DNA of 64,000 nucleotides from Tubiluchus corallicola (GCA_030141605.1 JAQGDQ010000597.1:68292-132291); one strand, 5' to 3'. Shown: positions 27,301 to 39,367, counted from the first letter of the stretch. Notes: generated by a model not told the origin, from the letters alone. Program-made: numbers and translations.

Positions 27301-30300
27301 ATGCATGTCTTTATGTGGCTGACACTGCTGGAACAATGTCTCATCTCAGAGGATTATCCTTGATGAAGACGTGATTGTCCTCATTGATGGATTCCAGCTT
27401 ACAGAGTAGCAAATTACATATAATTGACAGTACAATGCACTTCTGGACATTTTAAACAAAAGAGTTTCATTTGTTATTTTAACAAAATTTTGGCTTATCT
27501 GTGTCATTTGGGGTGATGTAACACCCCACTTGTTATGCTCTTCTGCATGTGTTTCTTTAACCTGACAGTGCTATGATGTGAGGTTTCCTGAAATGGGAAT
27601 TTTGCTGCGGCAAATGGGAGCAGACATTTTAACCTTTCCTTCCTCGTTCACAGTACCCACTGGCAAAGCACACTGGGAAGTAGGTAAATTATTGAATATT
27701 TAGTTTCTCAATCATCATCAATTTTTTTCAGAATGATTGCAATCGCATTGCAACCGAATATAATTTTTGTCGTAAAAACTATTTTTATTTGTTTTAAAGT
27801 CTGCTTTTGTTTTCTTCCGACAAACTGTCTCTTAGTAAGGCAGATGCTGAGCCAAAGAGATTTTATATGCTTCTAAGTGACAGACGCATAAAAACGTAAT
27901 TTCACGTCTACTGCTTCAGCTCCCACTTCCCTTCTAGTTCATGGTTGTGCATTTTTAAAAGTTCAGGACGAGTATTTGCAATAATGCATAATAACAAAGT
28001 TAATTTTACCTTTTACAAACCAAATTGTTAAACATAAGCATGTTTACACAAACTTGTTTGAATCTTTATAAAGCAAATGTGCAGAATGATATGCAAAGTA
28101 TGAAAACTATAATTATTTTTTGCTCAAGAACACCATGCCTTTTGATGTAAATTGAGCATATTCAAACTAAACTTCAATGGTTTCCAGAGAGTCCGTGGTT
28201 TTGTACTATTTCTTAGCTACAAACTCAAAGACAAGTGTTTTAGTTGATAAAACATAACATTAACCTGTAATGTAAGACATTGCAATCAGCTATTAAATAG
28301 GCTTCCATGTTCAGCAATAAACCACAAGTAGTTAGGGGATTTACTATTATAAATATTCCTTCATCTGACAGACAAAAATTGATAACTAAAATGAACAATC
28401 ATCAATTTAAGTTTCAGTAACAAAATATTGATGTGTATTCTAACAGCAAAAAATGTCATACTTAAACCACTAAAGTAAAATATTTATGTCAAATTTCAGA
28501 TATTACTTCGCGCCAGAGCCATCGAGACACAGTGCTATGTTGTTGCTGCAGCTCAAGTAGGAAAACACAATGATAAACGATCATCATATGGCCATGCTAT
28601 GGTGAGTACTGCAAAAATTCTTTGATGGCTAAGCTGTTTGTGAACCCGCGACCGTACTGGCCTTTCCTTTCCTTAGTTGCATTAGTTAATGTACGACTGC
28701 CCAAGATTTGAAATAAATATAATTAATACAAAAAAGATTGCCTACTTTATAAGATGTAGTATTAGACATAAGGTCCTTCGTTCAATTCAGTCATAATCCC
28801 AAATTTCTCGTGTTTCTTCCATTCTGTAAACTTTAATGGTAGAAAATAATTGTTGCTTTTTTCCTTCAGTAATATGCAGAGGTTGAATATGGCCTGTTGT
28901 CAAATCTTTTTTTTAAATATTATAAATAATAATTCTGGAAATGTTTCACGCAAAACTGTAAAAAAATTATTATCGTATAATTGTAGGTGCGCATGTATCT
29001 TTCTTTAATCCTTTTTTATTTACAAGTTGCCCTTTCATTTTATTTGTTATTGAATGTGTTGTCTGACATAATATTCTTTTTTAGAGTAGATTGTATGCTG
29101 ATGAACATCTACTTAAATTGCTTTTGTTGAAGTTTTGCTATTAAAACTTTTCTGCTACCTTCTCATGTTTTTAAATTTCCTTGCGTAAAAAATGGCCGAA
29201 AGACAGAAGATATTATGATACCAACCAACTATGGCAAAATTTTTTGAGGTGGTCCTATTTTTTATAATAAAATATAGTAAAAGTATAATGTTTAAACTGT
29301 TTGTTAATTCAGCAAGTGCACAGCAAACAGGCAATACAGATACAAAGTCTGGTGGCATAACTTTCCGTTTTTTTGTGGGAAAATCCAGGACAGCATTTTT
29401 ACATTACAGGTGGTTGATCCATGGGGCATCGTTGTTGATTGTTGTAACACCGAAGCTCGAGTTGCAGTGGCAGAGATAGACCATGATGTTATTGCTCGTG
29501 TGCGTTTGGAAATGCCCGTTATGCAACAACGGCGACCAGACTTGTACGGAGCATTGTATCCATGCAGGAAGACAGGTAGTTAATTACAAATTTGTTCTCA
29601 GCGCCTTTATCGAGTGGAAGCTTTTTTATCAGATCAGGTAAAGTTAATCTTCATACAGGAGTTAGAGATATTTACAAAGAGATCTTCTTCGCTGCTTCCA
29701 ACTTTGAGTAATTTCATTTCTTTTAAAACCCTACTGTAACTGCAGTAATTATCTTGTAAACTCAACGTTTGTTGTCATTCAATAATTAAAAATTGCAAAT
29801 TTCTTAGTTTTTTTTTTGTACATCACTGTTGAATATTTATAAGTGGGAATGGATGCAATCAAGTATTTTAAATAAGGTGGCTTGTTCTTATTTTACCAAA
29901 TTATGAACAGATGAGGTGTGACTATTCACTGTGCTTGTTGTGTCTGACAATTTTCAGGTACAGTATTAACACCTCACATATGCAGCAGTGCTACTGTGGC
30001 ATCTGCAGTAAGTCCTGGCTTAATGACAGTAATACGATTTAGCAAAATGTATTATTAAGAGAATCAAGGAATGAAGCTATAACTCATTTTACTTAAATGC
30101 ATTCACTTCTGTTTTTAATAAAATATTATTGTATTATGATATACAATTACGGGACATTACATTTTTATTGACGTTTCAGAGTATCGGACTGCATATTCAC
30201 AATACATGTACCATATGATAACCCAACTACTACTTTTCCTTCTAAACTGTTCCAGGCCTATTCAACCGTAATGTTGATATTTTGAATGAGGACTTTTCTG

Positions 30301-33047
30301 TTTTAGGTAATAAGTTTAGTTTGCTCATAAAGGAAGCATATTTCATAAAATTGCTCCAACCAACATTAAACGCAAAAGTGGGGGATATAGTTATAATTTA
30401 ATTAGTTGAGGAATTTGGAATTTGCACTCCAACCTTGTTTGGAAGTTGAAGTTGTTTTAAATAGGTTTAGAATGCAAAGTAGTTGATACATTATCACATG
30501 AATTATGAATATGGAGTCCACCAGTACTTCAACAAGTCAATGAAAATAGTTATAATGTCTTGATATTGTATGTTTATGTTAAGATGTTTTCTATTTTTAA
30601 GCCATAATTTTGCTTTTCAGATCACAATCGAGACATTTACATGTTCGGACCTTATCCAATCAAACCCGAGTTTGTGATTTACAAAAGCCATCTAAGCTTT
30701 GCTTTTGTGAACAGGAAGCCAGTTTTACCTGGCCGTATCCTTTCATTTAAAACTTAGTTTGTCTACCTGTCTGTTTGTTTGTTTGTTTGTTATATCATAC
30801 AAATCTATCAGATGTCGACGGAGGATACTCTGCTTGGATCAGTTGTAGAAATCTGAGTAAGGATGGTGCCTTTGTTGCAGACGAAGTGAAGTTGATTGAT
30901 TAGTAGTGCCTAACCACACATGCTTTCCAGTATAATCTTGTCACAAGATTTCTAAAGCAATGCAAAGTGGCCACAGAAGTTTAAACGGTTCATAGCTGGC
31001 TAAGCTAAAGTCGTTTGTCTTGCAGTGACACACCTGCCGGTTTATGAACTCTCGTTACAAAACAATCTAAATTTAGACTACCAACACCAAATAAACTAAA
31101 CGATGTTGTCAGAGAAAACGTCCTCAACAATTTGTAGACATCCTTGTTGCTTCCCTACGGCAAGTGGAAAAACTGGGAGACTTAACTCAAGCGGAAACTG
31201 CCGACATGTTTTCCATGGCTCAAACCATAGAGGCGAGACTTACTCCACACTACAGTGCGACTTCAGCGACAATAGCAATTCAAGTAATTACATTATTATT
31301 ACAGCAGTAGTTTTTTAAGAGTAAGAGAAAGAAGTTATTTTTTTACTCGGTCACTTTACAAATAGTTACATATGACTATGGTGGTTTCCATAAAGGCCCA
31401 AGATGTTAGTTACAGGAAGATACAGGAAATAAGACAAATTAAATAGCAGTTACAAAATAGTAGTTACAACAATCTACAGTGCATTAAAAGAGTAAGAGAA
31501 AAAAATTTAAGATTAGACATTCAAGTAAAGCATATTGACATATAGAAGAATTTTGCACCCTCTTACTCTTGCATCTGAGGACAATTGCCCCTGCGCCCTA
31601 CACTTTCCTTTGTAACTGTAAATTGTAAATGAGGCATTACTGCACTAATGGAATAAGCATATTTTAAATGTGTGTTATCGAAAAAATGCAAGTTGTATAC
31701 AGAAACAATGACATTAGCCTCATTGCGACCTCTTATCTTTGTTGAAGGCCAGGGGGAATGATCGGTGGTCATTCTATATTATTTGTTGTTATTATTTAGG
31801 ATGGAGTTGATGCAGGGCAGAGCGTGCCTCATGTGCACATTCATGTTCTACCACGAAAACCAAATGACTTCCAAGCAAACGATGACGTTTATGAAAAGGT
31901 AATTTAAGTAGACTCACTATTCTCATTATAATACGGATGTACAGAACATACACATTTTAGCAGGTTTAGCAGCATCTGTAATACATTTCTAAAAGTCTTT
32001 ACTAACACCACAGACCACTTAGAAAGCAAAAAGAACTTGACAATAGCAGCTATTTTAGTTCCTTCTAAATTTCCTTTTAAAAACATATTGAATTTCTCTT
32101 TTCTGTTTAATTGATCGAAAGTGTTAATTGACTAATCTGTTGACTGGCTGCTTGCTTTTGCGATTTGCTGGTTAGTTGCTTGGTTGAGCGAGTTGTTGGG
32201 TAGCTAGTTGGTTATTCGTTGGTTGATCCGAGTAGTTAGTTAGCTGGTCACTAATTGGTTGGTTGGACGATTGACTGATTGCTTGTTTGAATGACTGACT
32301 GAGAAGTTTTTTTCGTTAATTAGCAAGGAACCTAATAAACTCTGTCCTTTGTGAAACATTTCTAAAGCAGTGTCCAGAATGTAGACAATCCAAAGAAGGC
32401 AGAATAAAGATCAGGGGTGAGAACTGAATGTAAAAATTCTATTCGAACAATTTTTTAATTCGAGCTGAAGTGATGGATTCAAATAATTCACCACTTCAAG
32501 TACATATGTTTTCCATCATTAAACAGCATGTAATCAGCACAGTTTAGCTGTGATTTCTGTGCACTTTCTTTAAGCAAATTATTAGTGTTTTACTGCAGAA
32601 CAAAATCAACTAATATATATGACATCTGCGAGATTGCTTTGTATTAATGATTCAAAAATTTATTTGAAAATCTTTCAAACTGAATTCAAATTCAATTCAG
32701 ATTCAAAATCTTGAAATTTGGTTTGATTCGAATTCAAAAGATAAAAATTCATCGGATTCAAATTTGCTTTCTGATAGAAAAATGCTCATCCCTAATAGAG
32801 ACCACTCACAATAGTTTGACAAGACTTGTTTGTAGGAACATCCCATTCCTGCTACGCACTTCATGAACTAATACTGGCCTGATTAAACACAAAAAACTCA
32901 TTAAGTGGATGCTTTAGAATAGAAATTCACAGTCTCCTTTTTTCTTAGTTAGAGAAACATGACAAAGATCCACAGAGTGAAAGAATGTGGCGCACAGATG
33001 AAGAAATGCTAGCTGAGGCTACTGAACTGGCAAAACTTTTCAACTGA
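24310..33047 (+). CDS. NitFhit: NitFhit fusion protein (Nit1 nitrilase-family amidase + Fhit HIT hydrolase), 465 aa. Exons: 24310-24507, 24992-25147, 25519-25725, 27569-27679, 28500-28601, 29410-29575, 30621-30734, 31138-31283, 31800-31898, 32949-33047
   Basis: Manual splicing gives one open frame (1398 nt including stop) with consistent phases. Nitrilase catalytic motifs: VFLPE (Glu), YRKMHMFD (Lys), [10 protein letters not shown] (Cys), plus [32 protein letters not shown] and RRPDLY. Fhit part: [36 protein letters not shown] (HIT triad HxHxH), LEKHDK...[10 protein letters not shown]. Confidence 0.95.
25726..27568 (+). other. U12-type GT-AG intron (NitFhit intron 3), directly before the catalytic Cys codon
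   Basis: Donor GTATCCTTG matches the U12 consensus RTATCCTT. Branch-like TTCTTTAAC lies just upstream of the acceptor (CTGACAG|TGC), with no polypyrimidine tract between them. Confidence 0.85.
30735..31137 (+). other. U12-type GT-AG intron (NitFhit intron 7), phase 1 within the His codon of the Fhit PGH motif
   Basis: Donor GTATCCTTT. Branch-like TCCTCAAC at 31121-31128 followed by AATTTGTAG|AC. Splicing restores C|AC = His. Confidence 0.88.
32412..32794. mobile_element. hAT-like MITE in NitFhit intron 9
   Basis: Ends CAGGGGTGAGAA / TGCTCATCCCTA; degenerate 8-bp TSD ATAAAGAT/ATAGAGAC; internal GATTC/GAATTCAAA repeats. Confidence 0.5.
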
Positions 33048-33479
33048 TTGTGATTTAGCTGCTAGTCATGGTGCTCAATTACTATAAAATGTCACAATGG
33101 TTATATAAGTTGTTGTACTTTGTTTCTATCAGGGAATATAGATTGGAATTCCATTTAATGCAAAATAGTATAGCACACTTTTCTACTAGTGGGATTTAAT
33201 TTGATGTGGGTTTCAGTTTAACAGACTGTGTTTAGCAGCAATGAGCCCTATTAATAAATGTATAGGTGATATTTGATATTTTTTATTTTGGTATTTATTT
33301 GTATTTATTTTAATCATAACAAATTAACACAATAATAAAAAAGCTACAACATAATGAAACTGTGAACTCTGCTTCTGGTCCTTATTGCCTGCTGACATGG
33401 TAATTGTGATTAACACTTTCTTTAAAAGAAATATCACAGTGATCTATTTGTCTAAAATTGTTTACTCTCTAGACCCTTC

Positions 33480-33828
33480 TGTCGTGTTGACAAAGGGTAT
33501 AACAGTTAAGATTTTTATCAAACTTTTATTTATAACAGTGAATTATGACATACAGCTATAGCTTTCACATTACTGCAGCCATGCAGTCCTGCTTCACACA
33601 CACTACCCTGTATCACACACACTAATCCAAATCAGACAACAATTCAATAGTGCTGCCATCTATTAGTGGCAATGCATACTTTACAGCAACGAAGACCAGT
33701 TGAGGTAAAGTCTACACTTAAGTAACAATAGTACAGATTAAATGATTGAATAAGATTATCGCGGCTTGACGAACTCCATGTCAGAGGCTAAGCACTACAG
33801 ACAAAATCTTCGGTCGTTCACAACGACA
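33480..33828 (-). repeat. 3' LTR of the BEL element (349 bp)
   Basis: Direct repeat of 39516-39859, with TG/CA termini. Confidence 0.93.
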
Positions 33829-35189
33829 TCCTCCCGCCAGCATGTCAACAGTTGTGTAGTGTCTTTGGTTTCACCTGCCTCGAAATTCGTTTCTAAGGGA
33901 ACCAAATCCTTCACCCCTCGTCTTGTTACATAGCCAGTCGGGAGCTTGATGCTGACAAAGCGGATCTCGCCATCTTGTGAAGGGAGGAATTCTACAATCT
34001 TTCCAATCTTCCATGTTGCACGTGGAGTGGCGTCTTGAATCAGGCAAACTTCTCCAACTGTAGGTTTTCTTGCGATTTCTCCACGTTTCCGTCGAAAGTG
34101 CACTTGGTGGGTTTCTTTCAATGAGTGTAGATAGTGCTTATGCCATACACTCCAAAACTGATCTAGCTTTCGGTTGACCTTCTGCCATTGGACCTTCAGT
34201 GCATCTGTAGGTCTTGCTTCTGGTGCATAGTCTGGGTCCAAAACATCTTCGTTTGATGTAGAAATGCTTAGTTTTCCCATAGGCGCGATGAAGTTAGCTG
34301 GTGTTAACATTGTAAGTTCTTCAGGACTCGATGAAATGTTAAGCAGTGGTCTAGTGTTCATTAGACTTTCGATCTGCGTTATGAGAGTTTGCAGCCCATC
34401 GTTGTCTAACGTAGCTTTCCAAAGAGTTTTCTTCATGGCCTGCTTAATCACTCCCACAAGACGCTCATAGAATCCAGCGACCCACGGTGACCTCTCGGGA
34501 ATATATTTCCAGCGGATTCGTTGTTCTGCAAAATATTGCATCAGCAGTGCTTCACTCTTCTTGAAATATGTAGCGTTGTCACTCAGGATAACTGCTGGAC
34601 AACCTCTTCTGCTAATGAAGCGAATTATTGCTTGAACAGTGGCACTTGCTGACTGATCCTGAACAATTTCCAAATGGACCGCCCGTGTTGTGAAGCAAGT
34701 GAATAATGCTATCCATCTCTTCTCATGATATTCACCAGGCTTGGCACGAATGAGCATTGGTCCTATGTAATCCATCCCTGTAAAGTGAAATGCGGGTGTC
34801 CTACGGAGACGTTCCATTGGTAGTTGTGCCATTCTTGGTGGTTTGAATGTTCCTCCTTGAATCTTTTGGCACAGGAGACACTTAGACAAAGTTTTTCGCA
34901 CTGTTGTATAACCTTGTGGAATCCAGTATTGTTTCCTAATCTCAGCTAGAGTAGCTTTAACTCCAGAATGCAAGACTCTCCTGTGAGCCTTTTCGATGAT
35001 TAGCTCTGTAAAACGATGACTTCTAGGTAGCAGAATTGGAAACATTGATTGATCAGTTATTGCATTAGCAAGCCTCCCGCCACAGCATATAACACCTTTG
35101 TCGGTGTGGAGATCTAGTTGTTTTATCAGTTGATTAAATTTGCCATGGTGTAGAAGTTTGGATTCCATTGAGAAGCAGTCCTGTTGCAC
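33795..35189 (-). CDS. BEL/Pao integrase (HHCC, GMDYIGP, SDNATYF, GFYERLV), continuation of gag-pol after the frameshift
   Basis: 464-aa ORF with integrase motifs; runs across the PPT into the 3' LTR. Confidence 0.92.
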   Translation of the reverse strand: MQQDCFSMESKLLHHGKFNQLIKQLDLHTDKGVICCGGRLANAITDQSMFPILLPRSHRFTELIIEKAHRRVLHSGVKATLAEIRKQYWIPQGYTTVRKTLSKCLLCQKIQGGTFKPPRMAQLPMERLRRTPAFHFTGMDYIGPMLIRAKPGEYHEKRWIALFTCFTTRAVHLEIVQDQSASATVQAIIRFISRRGCPAVILSDNATYFKKSEALLMQYFAEQRIRWKYIPERSPWVAGFYERLVGVIKQAMKKTLWKATLDNDGLQTLITQIESLMNTRPLLNISSSPEELTMLTPANFIAPMGKLSISTSNEDVLDPDYAPEARPTDALKVQWQKVNRKLDQFWSVWHKHYLHSLKETHQVHFRRKRGEIARKPTVGEVCLIQDATPRATWKIGKIVEFLPSQDGEIRFVSIKLPTGYVTRRGVKDLVPLETNFEAGETKDTTQLLTCWREDVVVNDRRFCL

Positions 35190-38100
35190 TTGTTAATCCA
35201 CATTATACGTGCTTCAATCATCTCATCTGCAGTGATATTAGTTGATTCTGGTATCTTCTTTTTGCGACACCTGTCAATAAATCTCTGGCAGTAGCTGGTT
35301 ACCCTTAGAAGCTTGTCATAGTCGCTGTAGTTATTAACATCTATACCAAAGGGGTAAACGGCAGGTTTCTCCTCTGTTACTGTAACTAAAGCTGTCTGTG
35401 TTTTTCTTGAACGACTCAAATTTGGCAACTGTATGTTGGTGTTTCCGCTCCATTTTGGCCACTGTTTAGGCTCTAGTGATAACCATTCTGGTCCACAAAT
35501 CCAGTTGCACTCACATAATTTCTTTGCTGAGATTCCGCGAGTGCCCCAATCAGCAGGATTGGCTTTAGTGTCGATGTATCTAAACTGGATATCATCCATA
35601 GATATTATTTCACTTCGACGTCTTTCTATATAGGGTGGTAAAACTTTGGACGAGTGAATCCAACAGAGCACAATTTGTGAATCTGTCCATAAGTGCTTAT
35701 CTAGCAATGGTTGATCAATCTGATTTTCTACAAATCGAAGCATCCTGCATCCTATTAGAACGGCTTCTAGTTCTAGTCGTGGTAGAGTTTGACTAACTGT
35801 CAATGTCGCTACTTGAGACTTCGCAAATGCTAATGAAGATATAACGTGGTTATCTAAACGTTGATGAATATAGATGCAGGCACAATATGCATCTTTACTG
35901 GCATCTGTGAAGCATAGTAGTTGAACAGGAACTTGTCTATCCATGATGACTCTGCGTGGAAGTGTTATTTGTGGAATGTTTTTCAGTTCTTCTTCTAATT
36001 GCTGCCACTCTAAAACCATTGAAGCTGTGACTGGCTCATCTAGACCGAACTTCTGTTTAGCCATTTTGTGTAGCAAAATCTTTCCTTTGATAGTTACTGG
36101 CAGGTAGATTCCAAGCGGATCATATAGTCGAGCAAGCTGTTGCATTGCTAGTCTTCTGGTATACACTTCTAGTGGTTGAAATATGTACTGTGGTCTCATT
36201 ACATCATTGGCGGTGTCCCAAATAATTCCCAGTACTTTTACTGTAGTACCTTGTTGTCGGTCCCATTGCGGTAGAGCTTCATTAAGCTTGAGATCATTTG
36301 ACAGCCATTGGCGTAGATTCATTGCTGCCATATCAAATAGGTTCTTCGCTGACTGGTATATCTCCATAGGGTCTTCTCCATGCACAACTTCTAAAATGAC
36401 ATTGTCCACATACAGATTTTGTTGTAGTCTATTTGCTAGTGTTCCCGGGTTTTGCTGTAAGTGATGTAGTATCGTAGCTAGTAATAAAAATGGAGACGCA
36501 TTGACACCAAATGGGAGTCTGGTAAAGCGATATACCTTGATATTGTCCCCTGTGTCAGGCCGTGATGGATCTTTCAGCCATAGAAATCTGACAGTATCTC
36601 TGTCTGCTTCCACTAGAGAAACTTGATGGAACGCCTTTTCAATGTCCGCTACCATGACGATTTTAAACAGGCGAAAACGTAGTAAAATTCCAACCAGGTT
36701 AGCAAGTAGACATGGTCCAGCGTGTATTAGGTCGTTCAAGCTTTTACCATCAGCTTTGTTCTTTTTACTAGCGTCGTACACGATGCGAACTTGAGTAGAA
36801 GTACGATTTTCGTTTATGACTGGAAAATGCGCTATGTAGTGTATAAAGCGTCGTTCTGTGGTAGGCTGAGTAACTGACTCAATTATTCCTCGATGAAGCT
36901 GGTTGTTGATAGTTTCATTGTACGTAGCGTAGTGACGTGTTGGTGATCCATTAGGAGCTAACATCTTTAGTGTAGACTCAAGTCTTTTCTTTGCTACGTG
37001 ATAGTTCGAAACCAAATGCTGTGTAGGATGTTTCCATGGAAAACCAACTTTGTAACGTCCATGCTTGAATTCAATTGTTTCTCTAAATTTCTGGATAACT
37101 TCTTTATCCTTCTCTGATAACTCAGACTGTTTGTTTATTCCTACTTGTTCTAACTGTGTCGAGTCTGCAACATCTTCTATAGCAGAATAGCAAAATAAAT
37201 TAGGCGCGACAACTGGTCGAGTGCTAGAATCGTAATTCATTTCCGGTATCGTAGCATTTCCGGCTAGAAAATCTCCCAATGGACTGCGATGAGCAAACAA
37301 ATCATTCTGAATATGGGTAGCTGGAATCATTGGTCCCATAATGCGGTTGATGAAATCTTGACCAATGATGACATCAATTCTTCTCTGGGTATTGCTTCGA
37401 GGTGGCAAGTTCAATAGTCGTAGCTGCCGAACTTTTTCCAAAGGTTGTGCATCTAGTCGAATTGGCTCTACTTGGAATGGAGGCGCTAGCTTTGGAATTG
37501 TATAAGCTTGAATTTGCAGGCTAAAATCTTTAGACCCCTTTAGAATGAACTTCACTTTACTCGAGTGTACTGCCTCTATTACATCTGTGTTGAAGCGTGA
37601 TGTTTCTAGCTTGTATCTTCCTGTGCGTAACAAATTAAGTCTAGAAGCTGCTTCGTCGCTGATACTTGAATGTTTGGCTCCACCATCAACGTAGACAAAA
37701 ACTTCACGAGCCTCTTCAGTTTGCGGATTCACTGCTGTGCATGGAAACGCTGGCATCACAATGCCTTCCTCTGCTGGATAGGTGACGTGGAAATCATGCT
37801 GCTTAACTATGGTTTCAGTGACGCTTGGTTCTGTCTGTACAGATAAATGTTGGGGAGATAAAATCTTCTCTCGTTTCTCGCAGAGCGCTGAGTTGTGACT
37901 GGTACTTTTGCAGTGGAAACATGGCTTCTGTCTGTTGCAGTCTTTCATTAAGTGTCGGGTACTCAAACATTTGTAGCATCTTTTAGCATTGGCTATGATT
38001 TCCTTGCGCGTTTTTGGATCAACCACCTTCTTGCATTCGTCACTGTAGTGATTGTCTTTTTCACAAAAGGCGCATCTCAGTTTATTTCTGGAAACATTCT

Positions 38101-39367
38101 GAATAAAATTTGCAGTAGGGATAGCTTTTTCTGTTCCAGAACCCTGGTTCCGTAGCTGTGTTTTCTTAACTTGTCCTTCATTGGTTCGATGTAAATTTAC
38201 TTCTTGGTAGTCTTCCAAAAATGAAATTAATTCTTCCATCTTTACTGCATCTCTCTTTTTGCCTTGATACAGCCGAAATCTATTCATTTCTTCCGTCAGA
38301 TATTTAGGTAGTTTTTCTACTAACTCCGTCACGTGACTGTCGAGGGCTTGATTTGTAATGCCTTGACGTTTGAGCGATATAGTAACTGAGCGTATTTCAT
38401 CGGTAAATTGTTCAAGGTTACTCAGGTTTTCTTTCACGTGCGGAACTGCTTTCAGGGACTCCCAATGCGCTTTCTGTTGAAAACCGGGATTGCCGTAAAA
38501 ATTCTTCAAAATAGTGACTGCTTCACTGCACTTGTCGCCTTCCATTCCCAACCCTTTAATTTTGTCATACGCTGGTCCTTCTAAAACTCGATGTAGATAG
38601 TCTAATTTCTGTTTGTTGTTGAGTTGTCTGCTGTCAACGTTGATTTTGAATGATTCCCAGAAATTGTTCCACTGTAAGGCGTTGCCGTTAAATTTTGCTA
38701 GTTCGATCTTCGGGAGCCTCGCGGTTATAAAATTCGTAGTAGAATCTGATGACATATCTGGTGGCGGACTGCTGACGGGTTGCTTTTTCACCGACTCTAG
38801 GATTAACTGTAGTTCTTCTTTGCGTTCTTTTCGTTCGCGTTCTCGTTCTTCTTGAAGCGTTTGGAACATCTGTTGCTGCGATTGTAGAAACATTTGCATC
38901 ATTGCAAGTGTTGCGTCTTGTTGTGACAGCGATCCGCCCTGCGCTGGCTGATTTACCTGTGACATAGTTTCATTCAGCAATACTTGACCCCTGGATGCAG
39001 TATTTTGCTGCGTTGGCAGCGAAGTGGCTTCCGTTTGATTTTCGGCAGACATTACTTCGACCTTATCAACTGGTTTCGTAGCTTTAATTACATTGATGAC
39101 GTCACCATTGCAACCGAATTCGGACAACTGCTTTGTAGTAAACGTTCCCGATTTCACCAGCTGAATTAGTAAATTACTGTCGCAACATTTCTCGCATGCC
39201 CATTGAAATTCGCCCAGCTTACTTAATGCCTCATAAAGTTTCTCTGTTAGTACATGATCTTGCTTTAGGTTTAAACAGTTTATGCACCACCAACGTTCAC
39301 AGCTGTCACATATCAACCCACTTGCAACACGTTGACGACAATTTATGCATTTGTTATCTTTAGCCAT
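35126..39367 (-). CDS. BEL/Pao gag-pol, N-terminal part (PHD finger, gag LPKIELAKFNG, CCHC knuckles, protease YVDGGA, RT DIEKAF...LYVDN, RNase H FTDAS...PRLEL...WTDS...NPAD)
   Basis: 1413-aa ORF with diagnostic BEL motifs; frameshifts near 35190 into the integrase ORF. Confidence 0.92.
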   Translation of the reverse strand: MAKDNKCINCRQRVASGLICDSCERWWCINCLNLKQDHVLTEKLYEALSKLGEFQWACEKCCDSNLLIQLVKSGTFTTKQLSEFGCNGDVINVIKATKPVDKVEVMSAENQTEATSLPTQQNTASRGQVLLNETMSQVNQPAQGGSLSQQDATLAMMQMFLQSQQQMFQTLQEERERERKERKEELQLILESVKKQPVSSPPPDMSSDSTTNFITARLPKIELAKFNGNALQWNNFWESFKINVDSRQLNNKQKLDYLHRVLEGPAYDKIKGLGMEGDKCSEAVTILKNFYGNPGFQQKAHWESLKAVPHVKENLSNLEQFTDEIRSVTISLKRQGITNQALDSHVTELVEKLPKYLTEEMNRFRLYQGKKRDAVKMEELISFLEDYQEVNLHRTNEGQVKKTQLRNQGSGTEKAIPTANFIQNVSRNKLRCAFCEKDNHYSDECKKVVDPKTRKEIIANAKRCYKCLSTRHLMKDCNRQKPCFHCKSTSHNSALCEKREKILSPQHLSVQTEPSVTETIVKQHDFHVTYPAEEGIVMPAFPCTAVNPQTEEAREVFVYVDGGAKHSSISDEAASRLNLLRTGRYKLETSRFNTDVIEAVHSSKVKFILKGSKDFSLQIQAYTIPKLAPPFQVEPIRLDAQPLEKVRQLRLLNLPPRSNTQRRIDVIIGQDFINRIMGPMIPATHIQNDLFAHRSPLGDFLAGNATIPEMNYDSSTRPVVAPNLFCYSAIEDVADSTQLEQVGINKQSELSEKDKEVIQKFRETIEFKHGRYKVGFPWKHPTQHLVSNYHVAKKRLESTLKMLAPNGSPTRHYATYNETINNQLHRGIIESVTQPTTERRFIHYIAHFPVINENRTSTQVRIVYDASKKNKADGKSLNDLIHAGPCLLANLVGILLRFRLFKIVMVADIEKAFHQVSLVEADRDTVRFLWLKDPSRPDTGDNIKVYRFTRLPFGVNASPFLLLATILHHLQQNPGTLANRLQQNLYVDNVILEVVHGEDPMEIYQSAKNLFDMAAMNLRQWLSNDLKLNEALPQWDRQQGTTVKVLGIIWDTANDVMRPQYIFQPLEVYTRRLAMQQLARLYDPLGIYLPVTIKGKILLHKMAKQKFGLDEPVTASMVLEWQQLEEELKNIPQITLPRRVIMDRQVPVQLLCFTDASKDAYCACIYIHQRLDNHVISSLAFAKSQVATLTVSQTLPRLELEAVLIGCRMLRFVENQIDQPLLDKHLWTDSQIVLCWIHSSKVLPPYIERRRSEIISMDDIQFRYIDTKANPADWGTRGISAKKLCECNWICGPEWLSLEPKQWPKWSGNTNIQLPNLSRSRKTQTALVTVTEEKPAVYPFGIDVNNYSDYDKLLRVTSYCQRFIDRCRKKKIPESTNITADEMIEARIMWINKCNRTASQWNPNFYTMANLIN

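Noticed and set aside
35180-35200. Programmed ribosomal frameshift in BEL pol
   Set aside because: No canonical slippery heptamer, and BEL elements normally encode this region in a single ORF; a 1-bp deletion or sequencing error is simpler.
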